Below are positions 54,373-64,000 of a DNA stretch of 64,000 nt, piece by piece. A program made the translations under genes and the position numbers. The notes under the pieces are model-generated. The model was not told where the DNA came from. It searched no databases and saw only the letters and a list, made by a program, of their open reading frames with translations. Numbering within the stretch: position 1 is the stretch's first letter; every line of letters begins with the position of its first letter. Origin of the DNA: the human T2T-CHM13v2.0 reference genome, Homo sapiens; the NCBI RefSeq assembly GCF_009914755.1, contig NC_060938.1; one strand, 5' to 3'.

Positions 54373-57300
54373 TATCACAAGGAAGTTTCTGAGAATGCTT
54401 CTGTCGAGATTTTATATGAAGATATTCCCGTTTCCAACGAAATCCTGAAATGTATCCAAATATCCCGTTGCAGATTCTACAAAAAGAGTGTTTCAAAACT
54501 GCTCTGTAAAAAGAAAGGTTCAACTCTGTTAGTTGAGTACACACATCACAAACAAGTTTCACACAATGCTTCTTTCTAGCTTGTAGGGGAAGATATACCC
54601 TTTATCACCATGGGCCTCAAACCGTCCGAAAAGTCCACTTCCATATACTACAAAAAGAGCGTTTCAAACCTGCTCTATGAAAGGCAATGTTCAACTCTGT
54701 GACTTGAATGCAGACATCACAGAGCAGTTTCTGAGAATGCTTCTGTCTAGATTTTATAGGAAGATATTCCCGTTTCCAACGAAATCTTCACAGCTATCCA
54801 AATATCCACTTGCAGATTCTACAAAAAGAGTGTATCAAAACTGCTCTGTCAAAAGGAAGGTTCTTTTCTGTTAGGTGAGTGCATACGTCATAAAGGAGTT
54901 TCTGAGAATGTTTCTGTCTAGTGGTTATGGGAAGATATTTGCTTTTTCACCGTAGGCCTCAGAGCGCTCCAAATATCCACTTGCACATACTACAAAAAGA
55001 GTGCCTCAAAGCTGCTCTCTGAAACGGAATGTTCAACTCTATGAGTTGAATGCAAACATCGCAAAGACGTTTCTGAGAATGCTTCTGTCTAGATTTGATA
55101 TGAAGATATTCCCGTTTCCAACGAAATCTTCAAATCTATCCAAATGTCCACTTGCAGATTCAACAAAAAGTGTTTTTCAGAACTGCTCTATCAAAAGAAA
55201 GATCCACCTCTGTTAGCTGAGTTCACACCTCACAAACAAGTTTATGAGAATGCTTCTGTCTAGTTTTTATTTGAAGATATTTCCTTTCTCACCATAGAGC
55301 TGAAAGCTGTCCTAATGTTCACTTCCAGATACTACAGAAAGAGTGTTTCAAAACTGCTGTACGAAAGGGAATGTTCAACTCTGTGACTTGAATGCACACA
55401 TCACAAAGAAGTTTCTGAGGATGCTGCTGTCTACTTTTTATACGTAATCCCGTTTCCAACGAAATCCTCCAAGCTATCCAAATATCCACTTGCAGATTCC
55501 ACAGAAAGACTGTTTCAAAACTGCTCTGTCAATAGAAAGGTTCAACTCTGTTAGCTGCGTGCATATATCCCAAAGAAGATTCTGAGATTGCTTCTGTCTA
55601 GTTTTTATGGGAAGATATTTCCCTTTTCACCGTAGGTGTCAAGGCGCTCCAAATGTCCACTTCCAGATACTACAAAAAGAGTGTTTCAAACCTACTCTGT
55701 GAAAGGGAATATTCAACTCTGTGACTTGAATGCACATATCACAAAGAAGTTTCTGAGAATGCTTCTGTCGAGATTTTATATGAAGATATTCCCGTTTCCA
55801 ACGAAATGCTGAAATCTATCCAAATATCCCCTCGCAGATTCTACAAAAAGAGTGTTTCAAAACTGCTCTGTGAAAAGAAAGGTTCAACTCTGTTAGTTGA
55901 GTACACACATCACAAACAAGTTTCACAGAATGCTTCTTTCTAGCTTGTAGGGGAAGATATTCCCTTTATCACCATGGGCCTCCAACCGTCCGAAACATCC
56001 ACTTCCATATACTACAAAAAGAGCGTTTCAAACCTGCTCTATGAAAGGCAATGTTCAACTCTGTGACTTGAATGCAGACATCACAGAGCAGTTTCTGAGA
56101 ATGCTTCTGTCTAGATTTTATAGGAAGATATTCCCGTTTCCAACGAAATCTTCACAGCTATCCAAATATCCACTTGCAGATTCTACAAAAAGAGTGTATC
56201 AAAACTGCTCTGTCAAAAGGAAGGTTCTTCTCTGTTAGGTGAGTGCATACGTCATAAAGGAGTTTCTGAGAATGTTTCTGTCTAGTGGTTATGGGAAGAT
56301 ATTTGCTTTTTCACCGTAGGCCTCAGAGCGCTCCAAATATCCACTTGCACATACTACAAAAAGAGTGCTTCAAAGCTGCTCTCTGAAACGGAATGTTCAA
56401 CTCTATGAGTTGAATGCAAACATCACAAAGACGTTTCTGAGAATGCTTCTGTCTAGATTTGATATGAAGATATTCCCGTTTCCAACGAAATCTTCAAATC
56501 TATCCAAATGTCCACTTGCAGATTCAACAAAAAGTGTTTTTCAGAACTGCTCTATCAAAAGAAAGATCCACCTCTGTTAGCTGAGTTCACACATCACAAA
56601 CAAGTTTATGAGAATGCTTCTGTCTAGTTTTTATTTGAAGATATTTCCTTTCTCACCATAGAGCTGAAAGCTGTCCTAATGTTCACTTCCAGATACTACA
56701 GAAAGAGTGTTTCAAAACTGCTGTACGAAAGGGAATGTTCAACTCTGTGACTTGAATGCACACATCACAAAGTAGTTTCTGAGGATGCTGCTGTCTACTT
56801 TTTATACGTAATCCCGTTTCCAACGAAATCCTCCAAGCTATCCAAATATCCACTTGCAGATTCCACAGAAAGACTGTTTCAAAACTGCTCTGTCAATAGA
56901 AAGGTTCAACTCTGTTAGCTGCATGCATATATCCCAAAGAAGATTCTGAGATTGCTTCTGTCTAGTTTTTATGGGAAGATATTTCCCTTTTCACCGTAGG
57001 CGTCAAGGCGCTCCAAATGTCCACTTCCAGATACTACAAAAAGAGTGTTTCAAACCTACTCTGTGAAAGGGAATATTCAACTCTGTGACTTGAATGCACA
57101 TATCACAAGGAAGTTTCTGAGAATGCTTCTGTCGAGATTTTATATGAAGATATTACCGTTTCCAACGAAATCCTGAAATCTATCCAAATATCCCCTTGCA
57201 GATTCTACAAAAAGAGTGTTTCAAAACTGCTCTGTAAAAAGAAAGGTTCAACTCTGTTAGTTGAGTACACACATCACAAACAAGTTTCACACAATGCTTC

Positions 57301-59490
57301 TTTCTAGCTTGTAGGGGAAGATATTCCCTTTATCACCATGGGCCTCAAACCGTCCGATAAGTCCACTTCCATATACTACAAAAAGAGCGTTTCAAACCTG
57401 CTCTATGAAAGGCAATGTTCAACTCTGTGACTTGAATGCAGACATCACAGAGCAGTTTCTGAGAATGCTTCTGTCTAGATTTTATAGGAAGATATTCCCG
57501 TTTCCAACGAAATCTTCACAGCTATCCAAATATCCACTTGCAGATTCTACAAAAAGAGTGTATCAAAACTGCTCTGTCAAAAGGAAGGTTCTTCTCTGTT
57601 AGGTGAGTGCATACGTCATAAAGGAGTTTCTGAGAATGTTTCTGTCTAGTGGTTATGGGAAGATATTTGCTTTTTCACCGTAGGCCTCAGAGCGCTCCAA
57701 ATATCCACTTGCACATACTACAAAAAGAGTGCTTCAAAGCTGCTCTCTGAAACGGAATGTTCAACTCTATGAGTTGAATGCAAACATCACAAAGACGTTT
57801 CTGAGAATGCTTCTGTCTAGATTTGATATGAAGATATTCCCGTTTCCAACGAAATCTTCAAATCTATCCAAATGTCCACTTGCAGATTCAACAAAAAGTG
57901 TTTTTCAGAACTGCTCTATCAAAAGAAAGATCCACCTCTGTTAGCTGAGTTCACACATCACAAACAACTTTATGAGAATGCTTCTGTCTAGTTTTTATTT
58001 GAAGATATTTCCTTTCTCACCATAGAGCTGAAAGCTGTCCTAATGTTCACTTCCAGATACTACAGAAAGAGTGTTTCAAAACTGCTGTACGAAAGGGAAT
58101 GTTCAACTCTGTGACTTGAATGCACACATCACAAAGAAGTTTCTGAGGATGCTGCTGTCTACTTTTTATACGTAATCCCGTTTCCAACGAAATCCTCCAA
58201 GCTATCCAAATATCCACTTGCAGATTCCACAGAAAGACTGTTTCAAAACTGCTCTGTCAATAGAAAGGTTCAACTCTGTTAGCTGCATGCATATATCCCA
58301 AAGAAGATTCTGAGATTGCTTCTGTCTAGTTTTTATGGGAAGATATTTCCCTTTTCACCGTAGGCGTCAAGGCGCTCCAAATGTCCACTTCCAGATACTA
58401 CAAAAAGAGTGTTTCAAACCTACTCTGTGAAAGGGAATATTCAACTCTGTGACTTGAATGCACATATCACAAGGAAGTTTCTGAGAATGCTTCTGTCGAG
58501 ATTTTATATGAAGATATTCCCGTTTCCAACGAAATCCTGAAATGTATCCAAATATCCCCTTGCAGATTCTACAAAAAGAGTGTTTCAAAACTGCTCTGTA
58601 AAAAGAAAGGTTCAACTCTGTTAGTTGAGTACACACATCACAAACAAGTTTCACACAATGCTTCTTTCTAGCTTGTAGGGGAAGATATTCCCTTTATCAC
58701 CATGGGCCTCAAACCGTCCGAAAAGTCCACTTCCATATACTACAAAAAGAGCGTTTCAAACCTGCTCTATGAAAGGCAATGTTCAACTCTGTGACTTGAA
58801 TGCAGACATCACAGAGCAGTTTCTGAGAATGCTTCTGTCTAGATTTTATAGGAAGATATTCCCGTTTCCAACGAAATCTTCACAGCTATCCAAATATCCA
58901 CTTGCAGATTCTACAAAAAGAGTGTATCAAAACTGCTCTGTCAAAAGGAAGGTTCTTTTCTGTTAGGTGAGTGCATACGTCATAAAGGAGTTTCTGAGAA
59001 TGTTTCTGTCTAGTGGTTATGGGAAGATATTTGCTTTTTCACCGTAGGCCTCAGAGCGCTCCAAATATCCACTTGCACATACTACAAAAAGAGTGCCTCA
59101 AAGCTGCTCTCTGAAACGGAATGTTCAACTCTATGAGTTGAATGCAAACATCGCAAAGACGTTTCTGAGAATGCTTCTGTCTAGATTTGATATGAAGATA
59201 TTCCCGTTTCCAACGAAATCTTCAACTCTATCCAAATGTCCACTTGCAGATTCAACAAAAAGTGTTTTTCAGAACTGCTCTATCAAAAGAAAGATCCACC
59301 TCTGTTAGCTGAGTTCACACATCACAAACAAGTTTATGAGAATGCTTCTGTCTAGTTTTTATTTGAAGATATTTCCTTTCTCACCATAGAGCTGAAAGCT
59401 GTCCTAATGTTCACTTCCAGATACTACAGAAAGAGTGTTTCAAAACTGCTGTACGAAAGGGAATGTTCAACTCTGTGACTTGAATGCACA

Positions 59491-60166
59491 CATCACAAAG
59501 AAGTTTCTGAGGATGCTGCTGTCTACTTTTTATACGTAATCCCGTTTCCAACGAAATCCTCCAAGCTATCCAAATATCCACTTGCAGATTCCACAGAAAG
59601 ACTGTTTCAAAACTGCTCTGTCAATAGAAAGGTTCAACTCTGTTAGCTGCGTGCATATATCCCAAAGAAGATTCTGAGATTGCTTCTGTCTAGTTTTTAT
59701 GGGAAGATATTTCCCTTTTCACCGTAGGTGTCAAGGCGCTCCAAATGTCCACTTCCAGATACTACAAAAAGAGTGTTTCAAACCTACTCTGTGAAAGGGA
59801 ATATTCAACTCTGTGACTTGAATGCACACATCACAAAGAAGTTTCTGAGGATGCTGCTGTCTACTTTTTATACGTAATCCCGTTTCCAACGAAATCCTCC
59901 AAGCTATCCAAATATCCACTTGCAGATTCCACAGAAAGACTGTTTCAAAACTGCTCTGTCAATAGAAAGGTTCAACTCTGTTAGCTGCATGCATATATCC
60001 CAAAGAAGATTCTGAGATTGCTTCTGTCTAGTTTTTATGGGAAGATATTTCCCTTTTCACCGTAGGCGTCAAGGCGCTCCAAATGTCCACTTCCAGATAC
60101 TACAAAAAGAGTGTTTCAAACCTACTCTGTGAAAGGGAATATTCAACTCTGTGACTTGAATGCACA
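59491..60166 (-). repeat. 2 x 338-bp dimer, 10-mer HOR variant copy 8 (unit 58769-60470)
   Basis: Same hybrid junction at ~59797-59853; interval 1702 bp. Confidence 0.95.
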
Positions 60167-63100
60167 TATCACAAGGAAGTTTCTGAGAATGCTTCTGTCG
60201 AGATTTTATATGAAGATATTCCCGTTTCCAACGAAATCCTGAAATGTATCCAAATATCCCCTTGCAGATTCTACAAAAAGAGTGTTTCAAAACTGCTCTG
60301 TAAAAAGAAAGGTTCAACTCTGTTAGTTGAGTACACACATCACAAACAAGTTTCACACAATGCTTCTTTCTAGCTTGTAGGGGAAGATATTCCCTTTATC
60401 ACCATGGGCCTCAAACCGTCCGAAAAGTCCACTTCCATATACTACAAAAAGAGCGTTTCAAACCTGCTCTATGAAAGGCAATGTTCAACTCTGTGACTTG
60501 AATGCAGACATCACAGAGCAGTTTCTGAGAATGCTTCTGTCTAGATTTTATAGGAAGGTATTCCCGTTTCCAACGAAATCTTCACAGCTATCCAAATATC
60601 CACTTGCAGATTCTACAAAAAGAGTGTATCAAAACTGCTCTGTCAAAAGGAAGGTTCTTTTCTGTTAGGTGAGTGCATACGTCATAAAGGAGTTTCTGAG
60701 AATGTTTCTGTCTAGTGGTTATGGGAAGATATTTGCTTTTTCACCGTAGGCCTCAGAGCGCTCCAAATATCCACTTGCACATACTACAAAAAGAGTGCCT
60801 CAAAGCTGCTCTCTGAAACGGAATGTTCAACTCTATGAGTTAAATGCAAACATCGCAAAGACGTTTCTGAGAATGCTTCTGTCTAGATTTGATATGAAGA
60901 TATTCCCGTTTCCAACGAAATCTTCAAATCTATCCAAATGTCCACTTGCAGATTCAACAAAAAGTGTTTTTCAGAACTGCTCTATCAAAAGAAAGATCCA
61001 CCTCTGTTAGCTGAGTTCACACATCACAAACAAGTTTATGAGAATGCTTCTGTCTAGTTTTTATTTGAAGATATTTCCTTTCTCACCATAGAGCTGAAAG
61101 CTGTCCTAATGTTCACTTCCAGATACTACAGAAAGAGTGTTTCAAAACTGCTGTACGAAAGGGAATGTTCAACTCTGTGACTTGAATGCACACATCACAA
61201 AGAAGTTTCTGAGGATGCTGCTGTCTACTTTTTATACGTAATCCCGTTTCCAACGAAATCCTCCAAGCTATCCAAATATCCACTTGCAGATTCCACAGAA
61301 AGACTGTTTCAAAACTGCTCTGTCAATAGAAAGGTTCAACTCTGTTAGCTGCGTGCATATATCCCAAAGAAGATTCTGAGATTGCTTCTGTCTAGTTTTT
61401 ATGGGAAGATATTTCCCTTTTCACCGTAGGCGTCAAGGCGCTCCAAATGTCCACTTCCAGATACTACAAAAAGAGTGTTTCAAACCTACTCTGTGAAAGG
61501 GAATATTCAACTCTGTGACTTGAATGCACATATCACAAAGAAGTTTCTGAGAATGCTTCTGTCGAGATTTTATATGAAGATATTCCCGTTTCCAACGAAA
61601 TGCTGAAATCTATCCAAATATCCCCTCGCAGATTCTACAAAAAGAGTGTTTCAAAACTGCTCTGTGAAAAGAAAGGTTCAACTCTGTTAGTTGAGTACAC
61701 ACATCACAAACAAGTTTCACAGAATGCTTCTTTCTAGCTTGTAGGGGAAGATATTCCCTTTATCACCATGGGCCTCCAACCGTCCGAAACATCCACTTCC
61801 ATATACTACAAAAAGAGCGTTTCAAACCTGCTCTATGAAAGGCAATGTTCAACTCTGTGACTTGAATGCAGACATCACAGAGCAGTTTCTGAGAATGCTT
61901 CTGTCTAGATTTTATAGGAAGATATTCCCGTTTCCAACGAAATCTTCACAGCTATCCAAATATCCACTTGCAGATTCTACAAAAAGAGTGTATCAAAACT
62001 GCTCTGTCAAAAGGAAGGTTCTTCTCTGTTAGGTGAGTGCATACGTCATAAAGGAGTTTCTGAGAATGTTTCTGTCTAGTGGTTATGGGAAGATATTTGC
62101 TTTTTCACCGTAGGCCTCAGAGCGCTCCAAATATCCACTTGCACATACTACAAAAAGAGTGCTTCAAAGCTGCTCTCTGAAACGGAATGTTCAACTCTAT
62201 GAGTTGAATGCAAACATCACAAAGACGTTTCTGAGAATGCTTCTGTCTAGATTTGATATGAAGATATTCCCGTTTCCAACGAAATCTTCAAATCTATCCA
62301 AATGTCCACTTGCAGATTCAACAAAAAGTGTTTTTCAGAACTGCTCTATCAAAAGAAAGATCCACCTCTGTTAGCTGAGTTCACACATCACAAACAAGTT
62401 TATGAGAATGCTTCTGTCTAGTTTTTATTTGAAGATATTTCCTTTCTCACCATAGAGCTGAAAGCTGTCCTAATGTTCACTTCCAGATACTACAGAAAGA
62501 GTGTTTCAAAACTGCTGTACGAAAGGGAATGTTCAACTCTGTGACTTGAATGCACACATCACAAAGTAGTTTCTGAGGATGCTGCTGTCTACTTTTTATA
62601 CGTAATCCCGTTTCCAACGAAATCCTCCAAGCTATCCAAATATCCACTTGCAGATTCCACAGAAAGACTGTTTCAAAACTGCTCTGTCAATAGAAAGGTT
62701 CAACTCTGTTAGCTGCATGCATATATCCCAAAGAAGATTCTGAGATTGCTTCTGTCTAGTTTTTATGGGAAGATATTTCCCTTTTCACCGTAGGCGTCAA
62801 GGCGCTCCAAATGTCCACTTCCAGATACTACAAAAAGAGTGTTTCAAACCTACTCTGTGAAAGGGAATATTCAACTCTGTGACTTGAATGCACATATCAC
62901 AAGGAAGTTTCTGAGAATGCTTCTGTCGAGATTTTATATGAAGATATTCCCGTTTCCAACGAAATCCTGAAATCTATCCAAATATCCCCTTGCAGATTCT
63001 ACAAAAAGAGTGTTTCAAAACTGCTCTGTAAAAAGAAAGGTTCAACTCTGTTAGTTGAGTACACACATCACAAACAAGTTTCACACAATGCTTCTTTCTA

Positions 63101-64000
63101 GCTTGTAGGGGAAGATATTCCCTTTATCACCATGGGCCTCAAACCGTCCGATAAGTCCACTTCCATATACTACAAAAAGAGCGTTTCAAACCTGCTCTAT
63201 GAAAGGCAATGTTCAACTCTGTGACTTGAATGCAGACATCACAGAGCAGTTTCTGAGAATGCTTCTGTCTAGATTTTATAGGAAGATATTCCCGTTTCCA
63301 ACGAAATCTTCACAGCTATCCAAATATCCACTTGCAGATTCTACAAAAAGAGTGTATCAAAACTGCTCTGTCAAAAGGAAGGTTCTTCTCTGTTAGGTGA
63401 GTGCATACGTCATAAAGGAGTTTCTGAGAATGTTTCTGTCTAGTGGTTATGGGAAGATATTTGCTTTTTCACCGTAGGCCTCAGAGCGCTCCAAATATCC
63501 ACTTGCACATACTACAAAAAGAGTGCTTCAAAGCTGCTCTCTGAAACGGAATGTTCAACTCTATGAGTTGAATGCAAACATCACAAAGACGTTTCTGAGA
63601 ATGCTTCTGTCTAGATTTGATATGAAGATATTCCCGTTTCCAACGAAATCTTCAAATCTATCCAAATGTCCACTTGCAGATTCAACAAAAAGTGTTTTTC
63701 AGAACTGCTCTATCAAAAGAAAGATCCACCTCTGTTAGCTGAGTTCACACATCACAAACAACTTTATGAGAATGCTTCTGTCTAGTTTTTATTTGAAGAT
63801 ATTTCCTTTCTCACCATAGAGCTGAAAGCTGTCCTAATGTTCACTTCCAGATACTACAGAAAGAGTGTTTCAAAACTGCTGTACGAAAGGGAATGTTCAA
63901 CTCTGTGACTTGAATGCACACATCACAAAGAAGTTTCTGAGGATGCTGCTGTCTACTTTTTATACGTAATCCCGTTTCCAACGAAATCCTCCAAGCTATC

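Larger units (their letters stand above)
1..64000 (-). repeat. Alpha-satellite (alphoid) centromeric higher-order repeat array; canonical unit is an 8-mer of 1364 bp
   Basis: Continuous ~171-bp monomers with alphoid motifs (ttcaactctgtgacttgaatgca, agtttctgagaatgcttctgtctag, atccacttgcagattctacaaaaagagtgtttcaaaactgctc). Landmark positions 481, 1845, 3209, 4573... recur every 1364 bp with near-identical copies. The CENP-B box reads TTTCGTTGGAAACGGGA on the minus strand throughout, so the array has a single orientation. Confidence 0.99.
29461..64000 (-). repeat. Super-HOR domain: repeating [10-mer + 8-mer + 8-mer] = 4430 bp and [10-mer + 3 x 8-mer] = 5794 bp blocks
   Basis: 10-mer starts at 29461, 33891, 38321, 42751, 48545, 52975 and 58769 give spacings 4430, 4430, 4430, 5794, 4430, 5794. 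The 8-mers between them follow a fixed haplotype order A, B(,B). Confidence 0.9.

Noticed and set aside
79-60356. Minus-strand 95-aa (MKLVCDVCTQ...) and 62-aa (MDIWIAWRIS...) ORFs
   Set aside because: They appear only where an SNV (aaatGta) removes a stop codon or where the 10-mer junction fuses frames. The CxxC-like motifs are well-known translated-alphoid artefacts.
481-63738. Recurring 65-aa (MKGNVQLCD...) and 71-aa (M[L/P]QSCSLK...) plus-strand ORFs
   Set aside because: They are in-frame readings of alphoid monomers (171 bp is divisible by 3), repeat with the HOR and have no gene context. The 71-aa one starts at GTG. Useful only as positional markers.
1-64000. CRISPR-like regularly spaced 17-bp motif
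   Set aside because: The motif is the CENP-B box. The intervening DNA is itself repeated rather than unique spacers, and there are no cas genes.
1-64000. L1/Alu insertion, inversion or non-alphoid island
   Set aside because: Landmark intervals (35 x 1364 + 1362 + 8 x 1702 = 62718 = 63199 - 481) account for every base between the first and last landmark. The CENP-B box orientation never flips, and there are no poly-A tails or target-site duplications.

Overview
The whole 64 kb window is one uninterrupted primate (very likely human) centromeric alpha-satellite array. I see no genes, transposon insertions or inversions. It is built from ~171-bp monomers alternating between CENP-B-box and pJalpha/A-box types (dimeric organisation, SF2-like). 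These form an 8-monomer higher-order repeat (HOR) of 1364 bp, most consistent with the live chr14/chr22 array (S2C14/22H1L, D14Z9/D22Z1); that assignment is from recall and not verified. Using the recurring 'atgaaaggcaatg' landmark there are 45 copies and 44 intervals: 35 x 1364 bp, 1 x 1362 bp and 8 x 1702 bp. The 1702-bp units are 10-mer structural variants carrying one extra 338-bp dimer. All listed ORFs are satellite read-through artefacts. I found no novel gene system. The notable signal is architectural. First, a heterogeneous left layer (to ~18 kb) gives way to a more homogeneous right layer. Second, in the right layer two SNV haplotypes (A, B) and the 10-mer form a super-repeat of 4430/5794 bp. 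Third, the 10-mer looks like an A/B chimera with one shared breakpoint. All SNV calls were read by eye.
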